DNA of 64,000 nt from Nageia nagi (Eukaryota > Plantae > Pinophyta), in NCBI GenBank assembly GCA_050084985.1, contig JBITNC010000001.1:145700001-145764000 (forward strand), given 5' to 3'. Within the stretch, counting starts at the first letter, position 1; every line of letters begins with the position of its first letter. The notes under the pieces are model-generated. The model ran no database searches and had not been told where the DNA came from. It saw nothing but the letters and a program-made list of their open reading frames with translations. Below are positions 41,521-54,921 of this stretch, piece by piece. A program made the translations under genes and the position numbers.

Positions 41521-44500
41521 TTGGTATTAGAGCAAGTTTTCCATTAGGAACTAGGGAAAAGTAGTAAGTAAAGAGTGATCCTAATTTATTCCACATCATG
41601 TAAGAAACATGAAGATATAACAAGATGGTATGACCTTAGACTTGGCTACTTATAGAGTCAAATATATAATCGAACATAGATGATATATTATCATACTATG
41701 GTTTATGGACTTTGAAAATCAATGACACTATAAGGTTGGAAAAGGAAAAAGTTGAACTTCAACAAATTTGATGCTAAGAATTATCCAAGAAAACTAAAGA
41801 AAGGTATCTCTCCCCTACAAAGCAAATCATCAATCAGATTGCTAGGAGGAATAAGTAACTAGCAAAAATAGAATGAGATTCAAGGCCCATAGTGGTAAGG
41901 AATAGGTTTGAAAAAGGAGCTATTTTTGCAAATGACATTATAAGTGAAACAAGAGCTCTCCATGATGATTTTTGATGGAGAATGTGAACTTGAAGACACT
42001 ATAAATATTAAGAGTATGATTCTTCTTCCTATGGAAGAAAATCTTATTCAGATTACACCTCCACCTATGCTTAGGCTAAACCATGAAATGAACTTATGGA
42101 TAATAACTGAAAGTTTAAATGCCATGGAAGCTAATGTACACATAAAAGAGTTACATTTCATTGAAGGGATAAAGTACATCATGAATTAGGTTCAAAAATA
42201 TGTTTTATCATACTTTGTAATAGAATATTTTATTAATAAACTTCTTATTTTGTTTGGAATGTAACAAGGTGAATTTTGAACACATTGTAAATGTATATGT
42301 CATTTATTTCAATATGGCAGGTAAAATAAAATTTAGAAAGGGAAGAAAAGGTCAAAAGAAAGTAAAAAAAATTACTAATAACCTTATGGAAGTAAAAGAG
42401 GATACCACCTTGCAAAGTTTCCTAAACTTATAGAAGGAAAAAGAAAAGAAAAAGCTAAAAGAAGTAGCCACTTCAAGAAAGGGAAATAAAATGATGATCA
42501 TCAAACCTAGTGCAAAACAAGATTTTCCTCTCTTATATGGAAGAAATGTTCCTACCCTAACTCTTGAAATCATTGATTACCTTCAAGATAGGAGTGGAAA
42601 AATATTATTGTCTAATGAGGAGACTAAACAAATGATCATTGAGAAAGATCCCACTAGTAAATGAGGATGAAAAGAGCAGAAGGAACCATTTTATGTACTA
42701 AATAATATTAAATCCTTCCTAAATGTATTATTCATTGTCCCTTTTGTGAAATAGAAGTATCTTCTTTTTAAATACATAAAAAGTTTTAATATTAAATAAG
42801 AGTGGATGTATTGTAAAGATTTGAACTTTATTATTAGTTTCTATCCATAAACCCAATGGCTAGTTATCTTAGTCAGATGATTTTGAATTAGCATAGTACA
42901 ATCTATTGATTGGTAATTTGAAATTGAAGGATTGTAAAACTTGATATGGAGAGCTATATACATGGGGATCATGAACATAGGACATTACATTTGGAGAAAT
43001 GGATTGAAAAATGATAAATGAGAAAAATAAATGAGAAAGAACCCAATTTCCTTATCATCTTAAAACTGCAAAGGAATATGTAGTTTTCCAAGGGAGACTT
43101 TGTTGCTAAAGCATCCATGAGATAGTAAGAGGTCCTAACCTTACTCCTGGTGAGATTGAAGATGGACCCATATAAGCTAATATTTGTATCAATAGTGCAT
43201 TATAAGGTGTAAGTAAAATTACCCTCCAAGTGAGACTAGGATAGAAAAATAACCAAATATAGTAGAATAAATGCTCCTCAATTTCAATTTGGATAATCAC
43301 ACAACAACCAAAGTTGTTCAATGGATAGATAGTAATAATGGCTAGATCTGGAAAAAAAAGAAAACCCATTGCCTTTCATGAACACCATGATAGGAAATCA
43401 TAAATCCCATGATGAATAATAGTTTTTTGAATTCCATCCAAAAGAGTAGTGAGGTGTGCAACAAGATGATATCTTCTATGATTCACCATTTTTCATTTTT
43501 CAATGCACCAAAACCAAGAAATCCTACTTATAAAAATAACATCTACCTAGATAGATGATAACTAATAAATGATAAATGGTATACAAAAATACTCAAATGA
43601 GTGGATGATAAGAGAATTTACATTAAATATCCACTAAAGAATTATGGATGATGAGAAGCCCTACTCTCAAAAGCATATTTAAAAAGATACTAAGGGAAAT
43701 ATTGGATGATATTATGGCAAATAAAAATGCATGATATGACACTACCTTTATATGTACAATGTGACATCTCAACAAAAAGGCATTAATACTTCTTAGATGA
43801 CTTTTCTTATGAAATTATAGTGAAAAAAAATTTAGTTGAAAAATACTAAAGAATAGATAAAGCATCATCAATAGGATCATGAGGAATGTGAAAAAATTTA
43901 GAATACCACTTGTTCAGAGAGAAATAAATTAATGATTAAGCTCATGAAACAAGAATGAAAGATGATTAATCAAATTTAAATTGTGTAAGAATAGAAATTT
44001 TCATATCTTAGTGCCTTTATGCAAGAAATAGAAATGTGAAAAACATAGGCACAAAGTTATGAACAATTATTGTTTGAACATGGCATTCATGTAACATCGA
44101 AGTCACTCAATGATAAGGGTGAAAATGTATCTCTAATGCAGAGTCAAATGGGAGAAAGTCATCATTTTTTTGAACTATTAATTGATATAAATAAATGATT
44201 ATTGATAATAAGTACTAAAAATAATTATTTAGTATCATACATTTAAAAAAAAATATGAAAAGTAGAAAAATTCTTAAAATGCTAATGATTATTTGCCTAT
44301 CTTTTAGGTTTACTATAAAAATTTAATGGGAAATCTTTAATCAATTCCTTATATATATATAGACCTTACAAAGATAGGTTAAAAAAGAAATTTTTGATGA
44401 CATTAAAAGTGCATTTATATGCCAATAATTGATCATCAAAGCAAAATGAAGAGAATCTCTTTGGATTTAAAGAGATACTCTAAATTGAAAACTGATCATG

Positions 44501-45622
44501 TTGATGATCGAGTAAGTTTAGTTGGTCATTTTAAACAAAAGTTCTAACTTATTCAAGAAATATTTGAAAGAAATTGAGTTTTTGATAGAAATTTTTGAAG
44601 CAAACTTGACTTTTATCTTAGTTTACGCTAAATGTATTCTCAAAATATGGTAATAAATCCAAATAAAGAAAGTACAGGTGATGTTGAACTTTTTATGTAA
44701 GTACAAATAGAGTTATATTCTTTGATAATGACTATGGTATTATTGTTTTAAAGCAACAATGATGATTTGATTTGAATTTATTGTTCATTTTCTTTTGAAA
44801 AATGACTTTTTGAAATAGTATTATTGATGATACTTGTTTTGAATGAAAAAATAAGAGGATATGAATTGATATGTTTGATTCAAATGTTATGTGCTTAAGA
44901 TCTTGCTTTAATGTTATTATAGTGTACATATCATATGAATAAAAGTGATATAATATATGATTCAAAATATTAGGTGAGGATTTGTTGAAATGATGATAAC
45001 CACCATGATATGGAAGTTTTTGCTTCAAAAATACATTTGGATTCTTAAGATATGGGCAATGGAGCTCGAACCACTGGGGATACTAATCGATAGTTATGGG
45101 CAAGTTAGTTATCTTACCTAAGGAAAAGAGGTAGTAACCAAGAAATTTGTACTATACTAAATGAGGATATATGTTGTAGCCATTTCTTTATCATGGATTA
45201 ATGTTTGGGAATGATTAGTACTATGGAGGCAATGTGTATTATTCATAGTTTAGTGAAAAATATGTTGTGCATATGACCTCATTTTGGATTAGCACTATCT
45301 TAGGTGATATGCACCCCAAGCTGAAACTAAAACACTAACACTATGACCAAATAGCCTACTGTAGTTGACTAGTTTACAGATAGCAATAGTGGTATCATGT
45401 GAACTCTAGAAATGAAGTGGTTGATGAATTTCGGTAGTTGATCAATTTAACCCACTTAAGGGTCAACCAGCCATTGATATCAACTCAAGTTAGATCATCC
45501 TAATTTCCCTTGAAAATATTGAATCTAGTGTAGTAAGTTATGTCACCATGAATTGTGATCCCAAAAAAGTAATAAGAGAAGAAAGAAACACAAAGGACTA
45601 TGTTAATCTTAAGGGGGGAGTA
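41521..45622 (+). mobile_element. Array internal domain 1 (4.1 kb, no intact ORF)
   Basis: Lies between the PBS and PPT AAGGGGGGAG (45611-45620); colinear with 49122-52570 and 54922-59052. Confidence 0.9.
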
Positions 45623-48600
45623 TGTAACGACATAGCTAATGGCACTAGTTGACCTTGGATATTATCAAGGGTGTAAATGATATCATATTTGAACTATTAC
45701 TATGTGATGATTAATTTTAAATAGAAATATTTATTATTTATATCAAATTGATGCTAGCTTTGAGATTTTATGATGCAAGTATTAGGTTACTACAAGATGA
45801 AAGGAGTAATTAAAGACCTAATGAACCAAAGGTGAATTGGTGATGGGAACAAAAGGTTAAGAGGAGGAAATGATTGGAATTGAATCATTGAAACACCCTA
45901 TAACCATCAAAATCATTTATTTACATGTAGAATAATTGTTATGACTATCAATTTCTCGATAAAATTGTATTTTCCAATGTGTATAGATTAATTTTGTCCT
46001 GTAGTATGAGGTGAGCACCTTTGATTTGTATTTTTGAAATTTGTATTCAAAATGGAGGGAAAAAAAGATATAATTTATTTAAATTGATAATTTATATAAG
46101 GTTATAAAAATTAATTTAAAAAAAAATTAAAATAAGTGCCCATACTATTGCCACATGGGGTTAATAGTAAAAACTCTATTAGAAAAAGACTAAGGTCACC
46201 TTATGGTATTATAAGATATTTAATGGATAGGAAAATAATAGAGTAATAATCTTACTTAGTTATTTTTTCTTATGTTAGGTATGGATAATAGTTGGCACTA
46301 ATTTATCAATTAATAAAAAAAATTTAAGATATTTAATACTATTTCAATCATCAATAATTTTAAGTAAACTTACCCCAAAAATTATTAAAGATGTGAGCAG
46401 ATGTGAATTTGGACACTCATGGACCTCTTTGGCTATAAATAAAGAGGTGAAAACTTAAGTAAATCATCTACCTATCTATCTTTTATTATTATATTCTTAT
46501 TATTCTCAAGCTTGGTTGTAGAGTTACTTATTTTTGAGGTAGTTAATGAGTTGTATCAAAGTAAAGAAGTGGAATTTTGTTTTGTTATTGTCCTTTTTAT
46601 TTAGATGTAGCAGTGAAAAATTTTATGTACAAATTGTATTATGTATTTTATGATATTTTAAGAAGATTAATCAAATATTTCTCCTTATATCTTTAGCTAG
46701 AATTTAATAAATTTATTTTGATATGAATTTTATTAAATACCTAATATGATGTTTATCATAATATTTGCTAAAGTTTTATAGATTTAATTATTGTTAAAAA
46801 TGTTGTACCATTTGAAGAGATATAATGGTTATTTTATTTAAAAGTTGGTACCATATTTTTTTCTTTAAAAAGTAAAGGAATGAGATTTTCTTTTATTATT
46901 ATCTTTTTGTTTAGATGTAGAAGTGAAAAATTTTACATACAAATTATATTATGTATTTTATGATATTTTAAGAGATAGTCAAATATTTCTCTTTATACCT
47001 TTAGCTAAAATTTAATGAAATTATTTTGATATGAATTTTATTAAAATCTTAATATGATATTTATCATAATATTTGATAAAGTTTCATAGAATTCATTGTT
47101 ATTAGAAGTATTATACCCTTTGAAGAGATAATGGTTATTTTATTTAAAGGTTGGTACCATATCCTTTTCTTTATAAAGTAAAGGAGTGAGATTTTCTTTT
47201 ATTATTTTTCTTTTATTTACATGTAGGTGTGGAAAATTTTATGTACAAATTGTATTATGTATTTTATGATATTTTAAGGAGATTAATCAAATATTTCTCC
47301 TTATTTCTTTAGCTAGAGTTTAATGGATTTATTTTGACATGAATTTTATTAAAATCTTAATATGATGTTTAGTAAAAAATATTATTAAATTCAAGTGAAA
47401 GTAGAAAAAGATAAATTAATAAAAATATATATTTTTGTTATTATCTAAATTTATCAATTAAACTAATTAGTATCTAATGAGGTGATAAGTATTTTTAATA
47501 TTTTTAATAAGTAATTGAAGAACTCTTTAGAATCTTGTATTAAATAAACTATGGTCTTAAGATTATGATATTGGTATAATATTTAGTAAAATAATTCAAA
47601 TGGTACCAATTACATTAATTAATTAATAAGGTATCCAATACTTTATTATGAATGATTAAATTATAGCTTAAATAAATAATAGATTAATATACATTGATAA
47701 AAAATAGAGATAATTTCTTTTAAAGTTTGTAGTTAAATTTATTTACATAATGGTCAAATTTAAAAAGAGTTGTGCTGATTCTCCTCCCTCGTAGTACTTT
47801 ATCCTTACATGTAGGGGTGGAAAATTTCATGTACAAATTGTATTATGTATTGTATGACATTTTAAGGAGACTAGTCAAATATTTCTCCTTATTCTTTTAG
47901 CTAGAGTTTAATGGATTTATTTTGATATGAATTTTATTAAAATATTAATATGATGTTTACTAAAAAATATTATTAAATTCAAGTGAAAGTAGAAAAAAAT
48001 GAATTAATAAAAATATATATTTTTATTATTATCTAAATTTATTAATTAAACTAATTAGTATCTAATGAGGTGATAAGTATTTTTAATATTTTTAATAAGT
48101 AATTGAAGAACTCTTTAGAATCTTGTATTAAATAAACTATGGTATTAAGATTATGATATTGGTATAATATTTAGTAAAATAATTCAAATGGTACCAATTA
48201 CATTAATTAATTAATAAGGTATCCAAGACTTTATTGTGAATAATTAAATTATATTTTAAATAAATAATAGATTAATATACATTGACAAAAAAAAAGATAT
48301 AATTTCTTTTAAAGTCTGTAATTAAATTCCTTTACATAATAGTCAAATTTAAAAAGGGTTATACTGATTCTCCTCCCTCGTAGTACTCTATCTACCATAA
48401 AGTTGCAAGGGGATGTTCGATGCTCCAAGATCAATGGAGATATTCGATGATTGATACAATGGTCAAAACCATATGATATGACAAAATTTGAATTACAAAC
48501 TCATTGGATACAAAATAGTATGATTTTTCAAAAAGATTCTATTAATTATTTAATGGATTATATTATATTATATTAATTTATTAATTATATTGTATGAAAT

Positions 48601-49121
48601 AGTATGATTTATCATTATATTATATTATATTATATTATGTTATGTTATGTTATATTATATTATATTGATCATAAGGGAAATGTTAGGAACCATTTAGGAT
48701 TAAATGGGATAATTTGAAAATACTATAGGAAATAATTTGGATTGTTTGAAGTTGTTATAGGATCTAAATTATAAGATTTCTTGAACATTGATTAACACCT
48801 AAACTAGTAATATCAAACCTTTATAGCATAACAAGTACATAATCTCAAGATTAAGGATACAATAAATAAGTTCAAATAAAATTAGGTTACGATCATTAAG
48901 AGTATCTGCTCGCAAGTGAGGATAAGAATGCTTGGTGAATGAACCTTTATACTTAGAAAGAAAGGATGAAGACTAAATAAAGTTGATAAGGTATCAATAT
49001 GTAATACATGTAGGATATAATTCTATTAATAGTAAACTTAGTGAATCAAAAAGATAAAAAATAAATATATTTGGTATTAAATTTAGAGGTTTTAAATGGT
49101 GAAGGATGGAGTAGCATTACA
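45623..49121 (+). repeat. Array LTR2 (3499 bp, includes a ~588-bp internal duplication)
   Basis: TGTAAC...ATTACA; PBS TGGTATTAGAGT at 49123; 47217-47804 is repeated at 47805-48393. Confidence 0.93.
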
Positions 49122-52100
49122 TTGGTATTAGAGTGAGTTTTTGATTAAGAACTAAGGAAAAGTAGTAAATAAAGAATGATTCTAACTTATTCCTCATCTT
49201 GTAAGAAACTTGAAGATATAACAAGATGGTACAGCCTTAGAATTGGCTACCTACAGAGTCAAATAGCCTATCAAACATAGATGATACATTATCGTACTAT
49301 GGTTTATGGACTTTGAAAGTTAGTGACACTCTAAAGTTGGAAAAGAAAAAAGTTGAACTTCAATAAATTTGATGCCAAGAATTATCCAAGAGAACTAGAG
49401 AAAGACATCTCTCCCCTGTAGAGCAAATCATTAATTAGACTACAATGAGGAATAACTACATAGCAAAAATAGAATGAGATTCAAGGCCCATAATGGTAAG
49501 GAATAGGTTTGAAGAAAGAGCTATTTTTACAGATGAAATTATAAGTGAAACAAGAGCTCTCCATGATTATTTTAATGAAGAATGTGAACTTGAAGAAACT
49601 ATAAATATTAAAAGTAAGATTCTGCTTTCTATAGAATAAAATCCTATTCAAATTACACCTCCACCTATGGTTAGGCTAAACCATAATATAAACTTATGGA
49701 TAGTAACTGAAAAGCTAAATACCATGGAAGCTAATGTACACATAGAAAAATTATGTTTCATTTAAAGGCTAGAGTACATCATGAATTAGGTTCAAAAAGA
49801 TGTTTTATCATATTTGTAATAGAAAATTTTATAAATAAACTTCTTATTTTGTTTAGAATGTAACAAGGTGAATTTTGAACACATTTTAAATGTATATGTC
49901 ATTTATTTCAATATGGCAAGTAAAATGAAATCTAGAAAGGGAAAAGGAAAGTAAAAGAAGAAATTACTAATAACTTTGTGGATGTAAAAGATGATACCAC
50001 CTTGCAAAGTTTTCTAAACTTATAGAAGGAAAAAGAAAAGAAAAAGATACAAGAAGTAGCCACTTCAAGAAAGGAAAATAAAATAATCATCATCAAACCT
50101 AGTGTAAAATGAGATTTTTCTCTCTTATATGGAAGAAATGTTCCTACCCTCACTCCTAAAATCATCAACTACCTTCAAGATAGGAGTCAAAAAATATCAT
50201 TATCTAATGAGGAACCCAAATAAATGATTGATGAGAAAGATTTCACTAGTAAATAAAAATGAAAAGAGTAGAAGGAATTATTTTATGTACTAAATAATAC
50301 TAAATCCATCCTAAATGTATTGTTCATTATCATTTTTGTGAAATAGAAGTCTCTTCTTTTGAAATACATAATAAGTTTTACTATTAAATAAGAGTGGATG
50401 GATTGTAAAGATTTAAACTTTATTATTAATTTCCATCAAGAAACCTAATGGCTATTTATCTTAGTTAGATGATTTTGAATTAGCATAGTACAATCTATTA
50501 ATTGATAATTTAGAATTGAAAGATTTTGAAGCCTAATCTAAAGAGCTATATATAGGGGGATTAGGAACATAGGACATTACATTTAGAAAAATGGATCAAA
50601 AATGATAAAATGAGAAAAATAAATGAGAAAGAACCCAATTTCATTATCATATAGAAATTGCAAAGAAATATGTAGTTTCCCAAGGGAGACTTTGTTACCA
50701 AAGTATCCACAAGATAGTAAGAGGTCCTGAGCTTACTCTTGGTGAGATTAAAGATAGAACCATAGAAGCCAAGATTTGTATCAACAGTTCATTATAAAGT
50801 GCAAGTAAAATTATCGTCCAAGTGAGACCATGATACAAAAATAATCGAATATAGCAAAGTAAATGCTCCTTGGTTTTAAGTTGTGTAATCATACAACAAT
50901 TGATATTGTTCATCAAATAGAGGGTAACAATAGCTAGATCTTGATGAAGAATAAAATCCATTGCCTCTAATGAACACCATGATAAGAAATCATAAATTCC
51001 ATGATGAATAATATTTTCTCAAATTCCATTCAAAAGAGCAGTGATGCATACAATAAGATGATATCTCTTGTGATTCACCATGATTCATTTTTTAACACAT
51101 CCAAAACCAAGAAATCCAACCTATAAAAACATCTACCTAGATAGGTGATAACTAAGAAATGATAAATGGTATACAAAAACACTCGAATGAGTGGATGAAG
51201 GGAGAATTCATATTAAATATCCACTAAATAATTATGGATGATGATAAGCCCTACTCTCAAAAGTATATATAAAAAGATACTAAGGGAATCATTGAAAGAT
51301 ATTGTGGTAAATAAATACATGGTATGACACTATGATTATACATATAATGTGACATATGAACAACAAGGGGTTAATACTTCTTAGATGAATTTACTTATGA
51401 AACTATAGTGAAAAAAGTTATTAAGAACTATAATGCATGTTATTGTAGAGAATGAATATCTATGGAAATAGTTGAAAAATTGCAAAGAACATACAAAGAA
51501 TTTTTGATAAGAGCATGAGGAATGTGAAAACATTTGGAATACTACTTGTTCAAAGAGAAATAAGTTAATGATTAGGCTCATCAAACAAAAATAAAAGCTG
51601 ATTCATCAAATTCAAAGTGTGAAAGAATAGGCATTTACACACCTTAGTGCCTCTTTGCAAGAAACAAAAAAGTGAAAAATGCACACACAAAGGTATGAAT
51701 AAATATTATTTCAATATGGCATTCATGTAACATCGAAGGCATTGGATGATATTGGTGAAAATGTATCTCTAATGGAGAGTCAAATGGGAGAAAGTCCCCA
51801 TTTTTTTGAACTATTAATCAATTTAAATAAATGATTTTTGATAATGAGTACTTCAAAGAATTGTTTAGTTTCATACATATTTTCAAAATGTGAAAAGTAG
51901 AAAAATTCTTAAAATGCTAATGATTGTTTGCTTCTCTTTTGGGTTTACTATAAAGCTTTAACAAAAAATCTTTAATGAATTCCTTATTTATATACAAAAG
52001 TTATAAAGATAGGTCAATGAAGAAATTTTTGATGACATTGAAAGTGCATTTCTACACCAAAAATTGATCATTCAAGAAAAATGAAGAGGATCTCTTCATC

Positions 52101-52570
52101 TTTAGAAAGATACTTTGAATTAGAAAAAGATCATGTTGATGATCAAATAAGTTCAGTTGGTCATTGTAAAAAATGTTCTAACTTGTTCAAGAAATCTTTG
52201 AAAGAAATTGAGTTTTTGATAAAAAATTTTGAAGCAAACTTGACTTTTATCTTAGTTTGCACTAAATGTATTCTCAAAATATGGTAATAAATCCAAATAA
52301 AGAAAGTACAGGTGATGTTGAACTTTTTATGTAAGTACAAATAGAGTTATATTCTTTGATAATGATTATGTTATTATTGTTTTAAAGCAATAATGATGAT
52401 TTGATTTGAATTTATTGTTCATTTTCTTTTGAAAAATGACTTTTTGAAATACTATTATTAATGATACTTGTTTTGAATGAAACAATAAGAGGATATGAAT
52501 CGATATGTTTGATTCAAATGTTATGTGCTTGAGATCCTGATCTAATGTTATTATGGTGTACATCTCACAT
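49122..52570 (+). mobile_element. Array internal domain 2 (3'-truncated)
   Basis: Homology to internal domain 1 stops at the equivalent of ~44937 and runs directly into LTR sequence. Confidence 0.88.
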
Positions 52571-52572
52571 CA

Positions 52573-54921
52573 ATTTTTGAAATTCAAATTTGAAATGGAG
52601 AGAAAAAGAAATATACCTTATTTAAATCTAATAATTTATATAAGGTTATAAAAATATATAAAAAAAAAAATTAAAATGAGTGCCTATACTATTGCCACAT
52701 GGGACTAATAGAAAAACACTATTAGAAAAAGATAGGTCAACTTGTGGTGTTACAAGATATTTAATGGGTAAGAAAATAATAGAGTAATGACACTACTTAG
52801 TTTTATTTTCTTATATTAGGTATGGATAATAGTGGGCACTATTTTTTCAATTAATAAAAAAGGTTTCAAGATATTTAAAACCATTTCAATTATCAACAAC
52901 TTTAAGAAAACGTATCCCAAAAATTTTTAAAGGTGTGTAAAGAGATCCATATGGACACACTTGGACCTCCTTGGCTATAAATAAAGGGGTGGAAACTTAA
53001 GCAAATCACCTACCTATCTATCCTTTATTATTTTATTTTTGTTATTGTCAAGTTTGGGTGTAGAGTTATTTGAAGAAAAGAAGTCTCTCTTTTCTCTTCA
53101 AATCAAAGTGCATTATTTTATAGTCTTTTTGCCTAATTAAAGTAGTCCTATTTTTGAGGTATTTACTGAGTTGTATGAAAGTAAAGAAGTGGAATTTTCT
53201 TTTGTTATTTTTACTTTTGTGAAAAATTTTATGTACAAATTGTATTATGTATTTTATGATATTTTAAAGTGATTAATCAAATATTTCTTCTTATACTTTT
53301 AACTAGAATTCAATGAATTTATTTTGATATGAATTTTATTAAATTTATAATATGATTTTATCATAATATTTGTTAAAATTTTATAGAATTAATTATTGTT
53401 AGAAATGTTATACCATTGGAAGAGACATAGTGGTTATTTTATTTAAAAGTTGGTACCATGTCTTTTTCTTTAAAAAGTGAAAGAGTGACATTTTCTTTTG
53501 TTACTGTCCCTTTACTTAGATGTAGAGGTGAAAAATTTTACATACAAATTATATCATATTTTTTATGATATTTTAAGGAGACTAATCAAATATTTCTCCT
53601 TATACCTTTAGCTAAAGTTTAATGAATTTATTTCAACATGAATTTTATTAAAGTCTTAATATATATGTTTGATAAAGTTTCATATAATTAATTATTGTTA
53701 GAAGTTTTGTACCCTTTGAAGAGACATAGTGGTTATTTTATTTAAAGGTTGGTATCATGTCTTTTTCTTTAAAAAGTAAAGGAGTGGGATTTTTTTTTGT
53801 TATTTTTCTTTTATTTAGATGTAGGGGTGGAAAATTTTACCTACAAATTATATTATGTATTTTCTAATATTTTAAGGAGACTAATCAAATGTTTGTCCTT
53901 ATATCTTTAGCTAAAGTTTAATAAATTTATTTTGCCATGAATTTTATTAAAATATTAATATGATATTTATCATAATATTTGATGAAGTTTCATAAAATTA
54001 ATTATTGTTAGAAATGTTGTACCCTTTGACGAGATATAGTGGTTATTTTATTTAAAGGTTGGTATGATATCTTTTTCTTTAAAAAGTAAAGGAGTAGAAT
54101 TTTATTTTATTATTTTTCCTTTATTTAAATGTAGGGGTGAAAAATTTCATGTACAAATTGTATTATATATTTTATGATATTTTAAGAAGACTAGTCAAAT
54201 ATTTCTCCTTATTCCTTTAGCTAGAGTTTAATAAATTTATTTTAACATAAATTTTATTAAAGTCTTAATATGATATTTAGTAAAAAAATATTATGAAATT
54301 CAGGTGAAAGTGGACAATGATGAATTAATAAATATATATTTTCTTGTTATTATTTAAATTTGTTAATTAACTAATTAGTATCTAATAAGGTGATAAGTAT
54401 GTTTAATATTTTTAATAAGTAATTTAATCTTTTTGAAATCTTGTATTAAATTAATTAATAAGGTATATTATATTATATTGATCATAAGGGAAATGTTAAG
54501 AATCCTTTGGGATTAAATGGGATAATTTGGGAAGTACTTTGGATTGTTTGAGATTGTTATATGATCTAAATTGTAAGATTTCTTGAACATTGATTAACAC
54601 ATAAACTAGCAATATTAAACCTTCATAACATAGCAAGTACACCTTCTCAAGATTAAGGATACGATAAATAAGTCTAAATTAAATAATTTTATGATCATTA
54701 AGAGTATTCACTTGCAAATGAGGATAAGAATGCCTAGTGAATGAATCTTATTACTTAGAATGAAAGGATAAAGACTAAATAAAGTTGATAATGTATCAAT
54801 ATGTAATACATGTGGGATATAAGTATTTTAATAGTAAATCTAGTGAATTAAATAGATAGATAAAATATATTTGGTCCTAAATTTAGAGGTTTTAGATGGT
54901 GAAGGATGGAGTAGCATTACA
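52573..54921 (+). repeat. Array LTR3 (5'-truncated, internally deleted)
   Basis: Starts at the equivalent of LTR1 ~38984 and ends GCATTACA; PBS TGGTATTAAAGT at 54923. Confidence 0.88.
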
